DNA of 64,000 nucleotides, from positions 6,337,327 to 6,401,326 of the forward strand of contig OZ316897.1 in the NCBI GenBank assembly GCA_973895155.1, written 5' to 3'. Positions 1-12,655 of the stretch are shown here, piece by piece (the stretch's first letter is position 1; every line of letters begins with the position of its first letter). The notes beneath the pieces are model-generated. The model had not been told where the DNA came from, ran no database searches, and saw nothing but the letters and a program-made list of their open reading frames with translations. Made by a program: the position numbers and the translations under genes. Source of the stretch: Marsupella aquatica (lineage: Eukaryota; Plantae; Marchantiophyta).

Positions 1-5
1 ATCAT

Positions 6-1193
6 GTGTGGGCCAAGCTTCATCCTTTACTTGAAGGTGAAGATGCACCTAATCTTTTTTATTACTCTGAAGTGCAAACTAATGAGTTGGTGGTTGCAGC
101 CTTGAAAGAAGGATTTGAAGAAGCAAAAGAGCTCCTTAGAAGGTTGCAAATGTCTCCCCGAAGTGATCTGCCAGCATCAAGAAAGCGGTGGTGGACTCAC
201 CCTTGGCATGTGGAAGTTGAAACATGGCCAGATTCAGCTGTCATAGCAGAGGCAGTTATTGTTGACGATTCTGAAGACCATGTAGAGCATAGATCTCCAA
301 TTGGACCTCGTCCAGAAGGAGAGTTTCATGAATTTGAAGACCCTGAGGAAGATCTAAATCGAATTGATGCATGGTTGACAGATGAGCTAACCATTCCTGA
401 TGATGTTTTGCAGGATGGGGCTGAGTTAGATGTACCAGAATCTCATTCTGTAGAGGTAGATACTTTGGGGCATGAGGTTCGTCATGTGTTGTCATCTGTT
501 GTGGCTGATCTTACAGAGTCTATTCAAAGCCCTCTACAGGAAAAGAGGAAGGTGTTGCCTACAGTTACCTATGAAGGCAGAACAATTTACAAATCTACTT
601 TGGTGAGTCAACTAGTGGGCAACCCTCATTTGTCCAAGGATAGGCTCACAAGGGTGAAACAAGTGGCATATTATAACCTTGGTAAGAGGAAACAATGTGA
701 TCCAAATACTGTGACCTGTTTTGTTGATGTTGGGAGTGATTGTGGAGTAGCATTTGAATGTGCTAATGCTGCAGGCCCTTCTACAAGATCAAAGAAGGGG
801 AAAGGTAAGGGAAGAGGTAAAGCTAGGACTCAGGAACCAGAAGTTCAAGCCAAGAAAGAATTTTGGCTTGGTCGGATTATGATGATGAGACAGAAAGTTA
901 AGGGACAATGGACTAGAGTGAGATCTGCTATTGATTTGCTTGACAGGCCTACACCTCCTCATGGACACATAGGGAGTATTTGTCAGTTTTTATTTAATTG
1001 GTATAAGCCAACAAGCTCAAGCAAGGTTGAATTCACTTATGATACGACTGATTTACAATGGATTGATATAGAAATGGTGATGACTAATGTTACTCTGACC
1101 ATGAAACAAGGGATTGGCTTAGTGTATGTGTTAGATCGTGTTGACAAACAAGCTTTGGATACTTATCTAGAGACCATGTCTAGAGTTGAATGA
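6..1193 (+). CDS. C-terminal part of a putative DNA-transposon-encoded protein (5' end outside window)
   Basis: 395-codon intron-free ORF that runs off the window start. Contains an IYKSTLVSQL...LSKDRLTRVK motif that I recall from bryophyte/fungal transposon-associated proteins, an acidic linker, a basic KGKGKGRGK patch and a beta-rich C-terminal domain. Strongly CpG-depleted. Confidence 0.55.
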   Translation: MWAKLHPLLEGEDAPNLFYYSEVQTNELVVAALKEGFEEAKELLRRLQMSPRSDLPASRKRWWTHPWHVEVETWPDSAVIAEAVIVDDSEDHVEHRSPIGPRPEGEFHEFEDPEEDLNRIDAWLTDELTIPDDVLQDGAELDVPESHSVEVDTLGHEVRHVLSSVVADLTESIQSPLQEKRKVLPTVTYEGRTIYKSTLVSQLVGNPHLSKDRLTRVKQVAYYNLGKRKQCDPNTVTCFVDVGSDCGVAFECANAAGPSTRSKKGKGKGRGKARTQEPEVQAKKEFWLGRIMMMRQKVKGQWTRVRSAIDLLDRPTPPHGHIGSICQFLFNWYKPTSSSKVEFTYDTTDLQWIDIEMVMTNVTLTMKQGIGLVYVLDRVDKQALDTYLETMSRVE

Positions 1194-1748
1194 TGTGCCT
1201 GTACGTATCCATAGTCATGGTAGTGGTTTAAGTAGGTATAGGGGATAGGTTAGGGGAATAGGTTAGGGGGTGGTAGATTTGGATACTTGAGCTTCTTGCT
1301 CAATCAGGGGTTCAATTCCCCTCTGCCACATACACTCATTCAGATTGTTAACTCAATTTCCTTTTGGTGCACCTACCTTTCACATGAGACTGTAAGCATA
1401 GGAGATTGCAAATATAAACAACTCATATTGTATATTGCTGAAGCTTCTACTAGAATTGAGATTCTTAGTGGAAGCATCAACACTATATACTATAAGTTTT
1501 TTATGATGAGACATCATGAATGCCAAAGGAGCATAGGAGGGCTTGACTAAGACTCGAATAATCTTGACAAACACTAAAAAAAGGTGCGCATTTGAAAGAA
1601 CTTTTCTTTTCTTAGTAAGGTATGTTTAAATGAAGGCAAAACTTTACTTAACCTTTTTTAGGGGTCAAAATTTAAGGATTTGGAATTCTTCTAAGTATGA
1701 TAGGGAGGGAGAAAAAAATATTTTACTTAATAAGTTAGGGTCACAAGG

Positions 1749-1794
1749 GACCAAAACGTCGAGCGTGGTATGGGGTCCTCTGTATACTGAGGCC
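1749..1794. mobile_element. Possible right terminus of the DNA transposon carrying ORF 6..1193 (...GGTATGGGGTCCTCTG|TA)
   Basis: The AT-rich 3' region ends in a GC-richer tract finishing CTG followed by TA, just before an abrupt switch into Copia sequence. The partner end would lie outside the window. Confidence 0.3.
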
Positions 1795-1829
1795 CCCGAG
1801 GCCACGTCTCATTGCCCACTAGTCTTAGA

Positions 1830-2650
1830 GATGTTATGGTTGTCTTAGAGATAGTATTTGGAGAAGGCACTTGTCAAGTACGGGATGGAGAATACAAAAC
1901 CAGTTGGTAATCCATTGGCTCCCCACTTCAAACTCTCGAAGAATGATTGCCCTTCTAGTGAGAGTGATAGACTGACAATTAATTAGGTTCCCTATGATAG
2001 TATTGTGGGTAGGTTAATATATGCGACGATATGCACTAGACGTGACATAGCCCATGTTGTTAGCGTTTTGAGCAGATTTATCGCAAACCCTGGTAAGCTT
2101 CACTGGGAAGCAATAAAGTGGGTTTTGGTATATCTAAAAGATACCTTAGATTGTGAGATTTTATCTGATGGTAAAACAAACTCTACTCTAGATTTAGGAG
2201 GTTTTTGTAGATTCAAATGCTAGAAACTTGGATAACAAACAGTTTACTACAGCCTATGTATTTAGGCTTAGAGGTGGATTTTGTATTAGCTAGAAGTCAA
2301 CAACTCAAACCTGTGTTGCGTTGTCTACTATTGAGGCTAAGTACATGGTTACGTGTGCGGCAACCAAGGAGCTGATCTGGCTACAAAGATTGGTGAGTGA
2401 TTTGGGTTCTTCACCTTACTAAAAGACCGGTGCTACTGTGTGATAGTTAAAAGAGCTGATCTAGCTAAGAACCTTGTGTTCCACGCTAGGACAAAGCACA
2501 TTGACACTCATTATCACTTAATCTGTGAGGTGATTAAGATAAAGTAGATGTTTCTAGAGAAGATGGCTTCATAGGAGAACGCGATAGACATGCTTACCAA
2601 AGTTTTACTTACCAATAGCTTTAGTCATTGTGTGGAATTGGTTAATGTTA
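1830..2650 (+). pseudogene. Degenerate Ty1/Copia reverse transcriptase C-terminus and RNase H
   Basis: Reads YLEKALVKYGMENTKPVGNPLAPHFKLSKNDCP...VGRLIYATICTRRDIAHVVSVLSRFIANPGKLHWEAIKWVL and later ALSTIEA...KNLVFHARTKHIDTHYH. Multiple stops and frameshifts. Confidence 0.9.
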
Positions 2651-5161
2651 GGGCCAAATTGGAGTCCCTGGGCCCTCAGCTTACAAAATAACGAAACATA
2701 TGTGCAAACATCCGATGGATATTAAATATCAAATCCGTGAATAATATTATAACACCATTCTAAGCAACAAGGTCCTTGTTTATATTTGCAACCGATTAGA
2801 AGAGGTGAAGGGTTTTTTAAAATGTGTCTCAAAGTTAATGAACTGAAGGGCCATGGTAATACCTAATGACACACGTCACTTATTCATTGGACCACGTGTC
2901 ATCAAACCAATGGATTAGGGTGTTCTAATTTCAAGAAGGACAATAGTGAAGCCCAATGGGTTTGTGTTGAGTGTGATGATTCCAGTATTTGTAATATTTG
3001 CTCTCAGTTTTCAGAAGTGGATGCTCCCATCCCATATGTATGGAGTAACATTAAGAATCTATGGCCCAGTAAGATGTCTGGCATTTTACAGAGAGGAGTA
3101 GTGGATGACTTCTTTGGCTTGTTAAGTGCAATATCACCTCTAATGTCTTGTAGTGAGATTTTGTTGGAATCTTCTGGAGAACTTTGATATATGTAGTCCC
3201 GTATGTAGTTTAAATTGTGTGCTAAAGCCCCAATGGCTTTCACACATTGCCAAATATTATATGGCAATGTGTTTGTTTAGTGTACTGTCTTGCCACTTAA
3301 TGGTACATTAAATAAAATGTGCATTCATGATTGAATCTCTTCCCAACAGATTTTTTTTATAACAAATGAAGGGTGTTTTAAATCCTCAAATCTATCTGAT
3401 TATAATAACATAGGTAAATTTTATATAGGACTGAAAATTCTTTTTAGAACAAACAAGATACATTTTAATGTTCTTCCAAAATATAACAAGGGGTACCTGG
3501 GGGGCCTTCGGTCACAAGTATGTCTCATTACATTTCCCTTAGTGAGGGCCCAGGGATTGGAGACTATATACATATGTTACTTAGTTACATATAATTATTG
3601 TGTATCACCTGACTCATTGTGTGAACTAAAGTCAAGATGGAGATTGTTAGGAATTGACTGGAGTTCCTGGATTTACTTAGTTTGGCCCTACTACGGTTAG
3701 TTAACCCTGGATTACATTAAGATAAGATCCGCTTAGACTTAGGGGTATAGGTTGGAGGGAGAGCATTATCTCCCTCATTCTTCACATGTACTTTCTCATG
3801 AGCTATGGATCCTTCAAGAGTTTCTCCATTGTGGTGTCTTGTTAGTGTAGTGTGCGATTGAGTGCTCTCATGTTTCGCATTTGCTGTCTAGTCTGGAGCC
3901 GACGGTTTCTTACAAAGTTTGTTGGCCATACCAAGTATCCACATCTATCCCCGCATCTATCACATGACTCTGTAACAATAACTCCAAGTTTCACTCCCTT
4001 ACCAAATTTTGCTAGTGAATATAGGAGTAGCACATCTAACTTTGACCAAGTACTTGACTTTGGTCAGACTAATGATGGTTACAAAATAAGTGTACCTAAG
4101 AGTAAATGTCTAACACAAGACATTCATGGGATAGTGAGTTGGTGATTGAGACCTTGTCTGAGTCTGGTATCGCTGCCATATAGTGATGGAAATAAAATGC
4201 TATAGCACAATTGTGGCATACTTTGAATGACACCCTTCCAAATGGCGTTGTTTTGTATATTGGAAAGCATGTAATATAATAGTTTTGAGACGAGTTTTGA
4301 GAGGTATTATTGCCATAATGTACGCTTAAGGCATTAATACACTTAAAGGCCTAAGAAGTCTCTTATTTTACAAATCTGGACTGTACATTTGTACTTGTAC
4401 ATTTGTACATTTAGTCTAGTATGTGTCCTGCATAATTTTATTCTAACTACAATTAGACTCAGACAAGGTCAATTTTATTCATGTAAGTTTGTTTGCGAGT
4501 TAGTTTGTCCGTCAGTAGCCCTTTCTTGCATGACAGAGTTGTAAGTGCACAGCTTTTTGTGAATTCTGATTCTAAAATAAGGCAAAATTGGAGCATTGCA
4601 CTGATGATGATATTGGACGGGGACAGTCACTCATCCAAGATAGTGTTGATGACCAGAGCAGCAGCATCACCTCTTGATTTTCTGTGGGTGGTCTAATTGC
4701 AGTAGTTTTTATACCAATCTCTAGGATAGTAGTACAGGTTTCTTTCTACACTACTATAAAGGTTCACTATATTGAAGTATAATGGTATATGTTTTATCTA
4801 TACCACTTCAAATGTCCTTTATATTGTAGAATAATAATACAATGTTAATATCTATGCAATACTACAAAGGTTCTGCATATTGTGGAATAATAGTACATGT
4901 TTCTCCTACACTATTAAACCTTGACAGTCCATTTTCCAAGATTTTGGGAGTGGAACCGGTGGAACACCTCACCTAGGGCATTCGGATAGAACCTGAGAAA
5001 ATATGTCACCAATTCGTTTCCTCAATAGCGTTCCTCAAGGCATACTTTTGAAGGATTTCATGCTGTGTGTTGCTTCAAACCCAGAGAGTTGAGAGTTCTT
5101 CACGTCGTCAAAAGCACAACTCCTCTATGCACCCACCAAAATTGCGCAAATACTTTGTTTG

Positions 5162-5306
5162 TGTTATGAGTCATCTAGCCCCAGACTAGACTAGAGTCAC
5201 TATACCATGGTTATACCTTAACCATACCTGTACACACATATATATAAAGCAGAACCGTGACCCCTAATCGGTATCTGATTCATTCTCGATTCATTCTCTC
5301 TTAACA
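5162..5306 (+). repeat. 5' LTR (145 bp)
   Basis: TGTTATGAGTC...CTCTTAACA. Differs from 8112-8256 at three C/T positions. Contains a TATATAAA box. Confidence 0.92.
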
Positions 5307-8111
5307 CGTTATCAGCTCGACTCTCGGAGGCTGAGCACTTGAACTTTTTTTAGGGATTCGACAAGTGACAAAAATTAGACACTTGAGGGAATCCCAAGAC
5401 AAAATCCCTTCAAGGAAACCTTCATTTGAGAGTCCATGTCAACCTGGTGTTGGAAATTGATGGAGTGGATGTCTGTGAGAAACTGACTCCCAAGAAATTA
5501 GAAGAAACAAAATCAGAAGGAGAGGCTGATCAGACAAAGAGTTGAACCCCTGGATGGTCTGTGGGATCATTAAAGCTTTAGAGGAATTGATTCTGAAATG
5601 CAAGATTGAAAGTACGCAGCATGATTTATGGAAGGAGGAGAAGAAACACCGCAGCACAAAGTCCATAGAGAAACCAGGATAAAGCTTGGGCTGGAGTCAA
5701 TCAATCCAATCAAAGAGACCTGAAGAATAGAGGCAGAGCACAATCAACAAAATTTCAATCAAGGTGAGATCTGAAAAGGCACCACACCCTATAGAGAACG
5801 AATGTTGCATTAGGGCTCAACAACCGGAGGGTGAAAAGGACTGAAGGAAATTTGAGGGATGAAAACCTTATGAGAAGACAACACAGTGATCACGGACGCA
5901 GGGGGTATTTACAAACGACAGGAAATAGGAAACAGTAAAAGGAAACAATTACTAGTAACAGGAAAGTGGGTGGTAATTTTTTTGGATTTTTTTTTGGATT
6001 TTTTTTGGAAAATGTTTTTTGGGGGACAAAAAGTTTTTTTTGTTTTGGTTTGTCATCATCATATTGCTAGCGCCCGGAGCTAACAATAGCAGCGCTTGGC
6101 TCTCGCAAAAAAAACCCATGATTTTAATTATTCTGAAAAATAAGACTTTAAATGGTACATTTTTAGATCGTGTTTTTTACTGGTAATAGTAAAATTTTCC
6201 TGGTAACAGGAAACTTTTTGCTGGTACCAGTAATCCTGTTTTCCTGTTTCCTGTCTCGGTGGTGATGCCCACAGACGTAGCCGCGAAGCCATGCAAAAGG
6301 GGGAGAATCGATGCACAAGCCCAAAACGGCAAAATTTGGACCAGGCTTTTCGAGAAACCATCGACAAAACTTGATAAGTGCAAAACCCCCATACTTGCAA
6401 CTCATTATAAAGAGTATTTTTACTTACAAAAGAATCAGATCACTTAAAGCATCTTTTTCAAAGCTTTTAAATCACTTTAAGATACATGTGTAATCCTTAA
6501 CATAAACCTAAATCACAAGCTTACACTCTCATTTTACAAATGTGAATACTGTGCCTTTACACATTACCTACCAATACACATGTTGAGTTTACAAGCATTT
6601 ATACACATTGAATACATATAACATGGTTGTTACACCATTAATATCACTTTCCACCATAGGGGGAGGAAAGCACATTGTACCCACAACTATCTCCCACCTC
6701 CTAATGTCATTTTGGTTCATTCACCTTCTAGTACCATTTGAACTTATACACCTTCTGGTATCATTTGATCTCATAAGATCCAAACGGACTCAGATAAGGG
6801 ACTTTCCATGACTAACAAAGGTAAAGGTAGAGATGATTTGATAATGGGCAAAGCCCCTAATCTCATCTATACATGAGTTAATGAGGGAGTTAATATGGGC
6901 AAAGCCCGTAATCTAACCCCTACATTCTCTTGATTAGTGGGCATTCCTATCGGACCTTACCTATAGATGAGTTCCAAATTTCAGAGATATTCCTCACACT
7001 CACAATTTCAAGAGAAAATAACATGCATTTTATGCAGATCAATGGGAAGAAACTTCATTGTCTCTAACTTATCTACTCAAAAACTTAAACCAAACTCATA
7101 CACTACAATGGAAAGTACCTCTGTACTTGGCCATACTTGGCTATACCAGGAGTTTGCCACTCCATGACACTCTTGTCAAAATAACACAAAACATTGCAAA
7201 AGTGCAAGGCAAAAGTGCCAATTTTAAGACAAATCATGCACACCCCCTGGTGATGCCATTTTAAGCAAATTTATATATCTCTCACAAGGCACACCCTGTT
7301 CTACAAGAGAAAACAACTTTTCAATATACATGATTTCTCCACGTGCCCACTGCACATGCATCCATAGTTAAATCCCTCAAACTCAACTTGAGAAGGAAAT
7401 AGTACATGTATCTCAACCTCATGTTGAGGGGGAGATAACATCATTCAAACCATACATATCCAACATAGGATAAAATCCACGTAATATACACAAATCACAT
7501 ACAAATACCCAATTATATTCTCTTACAAGGAGTAGAAGTTATTATTTCTATCCCACACTTGACATTTGATAACACAAACCTACGACCACAAGATGTAGCA
7601 ACATACTATCATACCACTTTCATCTTTGAGGGGGAACAACACAATGTGATTTTCCAGCTACTAACCTAAGCTCCTCATTATATTGGACATGAACTTGACT
7701 TGTTTGTTGCCAGGCTTCATCTAAGATATTGCAAACTTCTGGAGACAATTGAAGTTCCTGTTGCATCTTAATACCTTTGACAACCCTACATACCATGCGA
7801 TTGACTTACAACACATGATATCTACTGATTGATGACTCCACCTAATGCTAATGCATTTTCCTTTATCGCCAAGAGGATCAACGGGCTGTACTTTTTTTCC
7901 TTTAGGGTCATATACTTTTTTCTCTACTACCCTAGTAGAGTTATTTTTTACCTCAATCTAGCCCCGCTAAAGGTTTTAACGAGGCAGTCCACCTCTTTGG
8001 TCAACGTAACATGCGTATCTATAAGCATGATGATAAATTATCATTTTTTGGTCTAGCTCTAGGACTAGTCTAGATTGTCTTCATAATTCCCATTATGTCG
8101 CCAAGGGGGAG

Positions 8112-8256
8112 TGTTATGAGTCATCTAGCCCCAGACTAGACTAGAGTCATTATACCATGGTTATACCTCAACCATACCTGTACACACATATATATAAAGC
8201 AGAACTGTGACCCCTAATCGGTATCTGATTCATTCTCGATTCATTCTCTCTTAACA
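8112..8256 (+). repeat. 3' LTR (145 bp)
   Basis: Direct copy of 5162-5306, preceded by a polypurine tract at 8103-8111. Confidence 0.92.
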
Positions 8257-8259
8257 CTT

Positions 8260-11050
8260 TGAGGTTTTAAACAATCTTGATGACTTATTCAACGTCCCTT
8301 GCATGCAGTAAAAACTATCCATTTTCTACCGTGGACTGTTCGCAACGAAGGAGAATTCAAACTATTTCAATTCCAATGGCTTCCTTCATCCAGAATCCGA
8401 TATTTGTTTTGACCTGGAAAAGTCACGGCCGCAAGCAAGAAGACTTTTCAAATCATATCCTAAGCTTAACAGGCCACACATCTCCAATTGAAACAGTGGT
8501 GAGTTCAAATTCAAGTGGAAAATCCTGATTTGCATCTTTCAGTATATGATCACACACTCCATAGACTTTTTAGTGGTCATTTTGACGATCCAAGCAATCA
8601 TCAGTGGGGGAGAGGATTGACAACCTAACACATACTCCTCAGGGGTAGCTGCCTGAGCTCTTATGCGACTTTCCAAGAGAGATCTATCTTTCAATCCCTA
8701 AACCCCCTCAAGAATTATTCTAGACACGAACTTACAAAGAGGTAAGCAGTTCTCTGCGTAACAGCAAATGATGTGCTTTCGATAGAACCCATACAAATGT
8801 CCAGAACCAGGACGGTTGAAAAAGGCTCCATTATTTAATTGGCTCAAGTGGAAACCACTGTCCAGATCCGTGACATCATTTGTGGGGACCATTTATGCGT
8901 AAATTACCAAGATTATAGGCATTCTTTATCCGACCTGACGGCTACACATGAAAAATAGGATGAGGAGATTTATAACACACTTCTACGGCAGGCAATTTGC
9001 AAGGATTCTTGTGCAAAACGTCTGACTAAGTATATACTAGTGCCCTTCTTTGTCTAGATGAGCTGCAAACATCCATGGATCTGTGATGCAACGTGTGATC
9101 TGATAAATGACATCCTCTGAGATCTCCTGACCCAGGCGATGTAATTCCAAATCCTAGGACGCTTCACCCTTGATTCTTCGAGGTGGACCTCCTTCCTGAC
9201 AAAAAAATGATTGAGAGTATAGCCTGCAGGTAGAGAACAAGAGTCAGATAGAGCGGATCATAAGAAGATAAGTATCGCAAATCGAAACTGCCAATAGTCC
9301 CGACAAGGATTACTCACCATGGAGGTCCATAAGACTAATCCAGATATGTACTGATTTGCCTAGATCCTGCGCCTTGGATGGACGGAACTATTGTTGGGAA
9401 TCGGAGTACAAGACACGCAGGTGGAAGACACCTTCTTGGGACGAAGACTTTACTATAGAGAGTTAGTAAATACTTCGAGGTTTCCACCACAGGAGACTTT
9501 ACTAAAATCGCAACACAACAAGACATGCAACCCCAACACGTTACTGATCAGTGCTGCAACTTTTTGGCAAATCCATATACATTAATTAATCTCGCCAGAC
9601 TGATTCGAGCACTGGGTCCAAGCAAAGTGATTAGAAGTCGATAATCATACTGAAATAAACAAAAAGTTTGATGGCATTTCAAAACCATGTGCAATATCTC
9701 CCCTTGTAACAAATTATTATGCTTTCTAGACCGACCCAAAGCTGCCGTGATTGTCTAGTAAGACACTCCTGTGGACCTAAAATTCAAGGAGAGGCCACAC
9801 CAATCATATGCTTTTCACTATTACAGTATTTTGGTGATTCTCGGACTACTGCACTGGCCAGCATCATTTTCCTGTTCTTCCCTTCTGGTAATGCTAATAG
9901 TCTAAATTTGCACTGACGCACAATTTATCACCGACAAGCTTGGTTACAATTTGAGTTCATTCCAAAGCCAACTTTGGAGATCAAAGATCATAACCTGTAG
10001 CTTTCATAAGAGTCGATACTTGCCATACCTCGGAGGACCGCATTTAGTTTTTTATAAGGTTCTATGTCTTTGCTCTTAGAGCAAGCTATGCCTCTTAGAG
10101 CAAAAGGAGCCCGAATCGAACGCTCAGAAGCACTGTCATCAACCAACGTTCCGGAAAAAGTTCTCTTTTTACATTCCTCAAGAGCAGAGTATGCAACAAA
10201 GAGCCCAACCTGAAGTCATTATTCCACGGTAGATATTTACTGCTGGACATTAAGGTGACTGAAAAACCCTTTCAAGATAGGAACCAAACAGCAAGTTTTT
10301 CCCAGTCACAAACGTACACCACGAGAGCGAGTTCTTGATAGACATCACCATACCTTCTTGTCTATGACAACCTACCCGAAGCTGCCATGGGCAACTGGCT
10401 TTACTCTATGTGGTTCCCATCGATATGGAACAACGTAGGAAGTTATTCTCAAACGATTGGGGAAATAGCCCTCGATCCAGCTACTGGTAACGTTCCCGGC
10501 CCCGAACGACACGTTCCTGTGTCTATTATGTCGTTCAAAAGCTTACGACCTATAAATAAGCAATTTCTTTTCATGATGAGTACTCTGATGTAATAGATCC
10601 TGCAAGCAATTTACACTTGACATTTTGCATTAAGCATTTTTGAAATTTAAATTGATCACATGCCTTGGGAATTCTGAGATTCTCACATCGACTATGTTTA
10701 TCAAGCTATTTCAGGTGTCCCCTTGATTTCGTGTGTTGAACACACTAAAGGAAAAATGAGACTCAAAATTATTCGGTCATGATTTTCACAGCCATCGACT
10801 CCCATACCAAATTCATTTGGTTTTTAGATCATATTTACAGTAGTCGTTCTGCAGACGTTAAAAACCAATCCATTTTTTTAGCGTTCCCATCACAGCATCA
10901 TTGTTTAAGCCCTTTCATGTCTCTGTGCTTCCCTGGAAATTCGGGGCTTAGAATTTCATCATCCATATAAACACAATGACTCCATCTCTGTGTCTGGGTC
11001 TCTGAAGTGTAAGTTCGAGTTCCGAGCCTCTCGACCAATAATTAACTCAT
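8260..11050 (-). pseudogene. Degenerate spliced gene relic, possibly encoding a ParB-like domain (LFHIDGNH); probably continues left of the LTR insertion (~4900-5160)
   Basis: Minus-strand protein-like stretches broken by stops (e.g. LFIGRKLLNDIIDTG...PTLFHIDGNH at ~10410-10424, YQELALVVYVCDWEKL, FVAYSALEECKKRTFSG), with splice-like signals. Confidence 0.35.
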
Positions 11051-11517
11051 TTCCTTCTTTTGATTCCGTATAAATTAGGGAACCAACGTACCTAGTTCAA
11101 ACGCACAAACGGGACTACACGGCTGTCAGTTGCTTCGGCGATTCAGTCCCGCAAATTTTAGATCTCTGCTCTTTCACAGAGCGCAGTTTAATCCAACATA
11201 TTTCTGGTTCATTCCAGAGTACATTGTCGTATGCGAGAGTCAATCCTTCTTAATCACCAACCTCCATTCCTCCGTTTTAAACCCAGATCCTTCGACATTA
11301 GTGAAACATAAAGAGCCATTCAACTTTTAGGTTCGTTCTAGTGTACATCCTCCTCGTCTGGATGTCCTTCCTTATACAACAAGACGCGCTAGCTCCTTCA
11401 TTCTGTAAACTCTCGCTCATTCCCTGATTGTCTTTATGCACAAATCATATTCTGGCGAATTTCCTCATCTTACCTGGTGTGAAGACGAGATAAGAATGCA
11501 CGGCGGGGAAGGAGATG

Positions 11518-11793
11518 TCAAGATGATCGGGACGCCAGGTCAATGGAAGCCTGCTCCACGGGATCTGTGCGCCCGGGCACACGACCGAGTTTCAAGTCCA
11601 TGAGAAACTTGTGATTATTCTTATCGGAGTTCCAATATCCGTAGGCCTTGACCGGCTGCGCCCACGCCTCCTTCAGCTTGTCACACTTGGCCTTGGTGCT
11701 GTACATGTGCTCTCTGAACTTGCGGTCTCTCTCCTCCGAATCCTCCATGCTCTGCCGAATCCAGTTTCCAACGAACTCCTTGATGAACGCCAT
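11518..11793 (-). CDS. Plant-specific mitochondrial complex I subunit P1 (11 kDa, At1g67350-like)
   Basis: MAFIKEFVGNWIRQSMEDSEERDRKFREH...WAQPVKAYGYW...VPGRTDP matches the recalled MGFIMEFAEN...EERDRK.REH...RPYGFW...GRRDPY family. Single coding exon. Confidence 0.85.
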   Translation of the reverse strand: MAFIKEFVGNWIRQSMEDSEERDRKFREHMYSTKAKCDKLKEAWAQPVKAYGYWNSDKNNHKFLMDLKLGRVPGRTDPVEQASIDLASRSS

Positions 11794-11910
11794 CGCACCC
11801 CCTCGATATAATCGACAAAGTGTGCGCCTTCAGCTAGTCTTTCTCTCTTCTTTCTACACGTTCGGTTTGTTCGCTGGCTCCCAAAACATGTCTTGTATGC
11901 TCACAAAGCG

Positions 11911-11950
11911 GGGGTAATTGTAACAGTAGAATTTTTGCTCGCACGGGCAA
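11911..11950 (+). repeat. Left terminal inverted repeat
   Basis: GGGGTAATTGTAACAGTAGAATTTTTGCTCGCACGGGCAA aligns to the reverse complement of 23267-23318. Confidence 0.85.
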
Positions 11951-12655
11951 GATGTCACCTTGTATTGGGGCCCAAAAAAGGTCTGGAATATTCCTCGCTA
12001 GCATGGAGACCGTGTTCGATCAATAAATATAGACGGCTACCCATGGACGATTCTAGTCCCGTGAACGCAATAGATCAAAATGACATATCTTCAGGCCAGC
12101 GAAATCGCTAGTCTAATGATGCCAACACATTGAGCCACTCATACGACGTACGGTCTCCACGTACAGGCTTCCACATGTGAAAATTCCCACCCGAGGAAGA
12201 GTAATAACAAAAAAGTACTTCGCGATTCCCGCGTGAAAAGAATCAACGTGTCATTACTACCGAGGAAAGGAGGATTAAGGCCGTTTGGACACTAATTAAG
12301 TCACTTGCAAGTGAACGGGACACTTACCGTTCGAACCAGACTCGAATCCAAGGCGTCGAACCGTCCACTTAAACAAATCCGCTAGCCCAAAAACCACCAG
12401 TCTTCCAAATCATTCTCCCGATCACTTCCACCGCGTCCGACTTGATCTCTTTCATTCGGAACTGCTATCAGTGTTCCAAGTTCTCAACACTCTCCAGATC
12501 TAGTTCAGGTAAGCACGGGTCTATTCTTTGAGCTGTTTTAAGGGAAGAACTCTCCGACAAGGCATGATATTCATCGTATTCCACCGTGAATAATGTTTCC
12601 ATTTGTTGAATCCTGTTCTCTTTAATCATTGTTTGGGTTTCGTAAGTGCAGAGAA

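Larger units (their letters stand above)
5162..8256 (+). mobile_element. Non-autonomous LTR retrotransposon (short LTRs, Bianca/Copia-like PBS, no recognisable gag-pol)
   Basis: Two 145-bp direct repeats with TG...CA ends. PBS-like CGTTATCAGCTCGA follows the 5' LTR, PPT AAGGGGGAG precedes the 3' LTR, and the flanks GTTTG/CTTTG form a 4/5 TSD. Confidence 0.9.

Noticed and set aside
2700-4900. AT-rich region with short ORFs
   Set aside because: No recognisable motifs or termini. Probably old TE debris.
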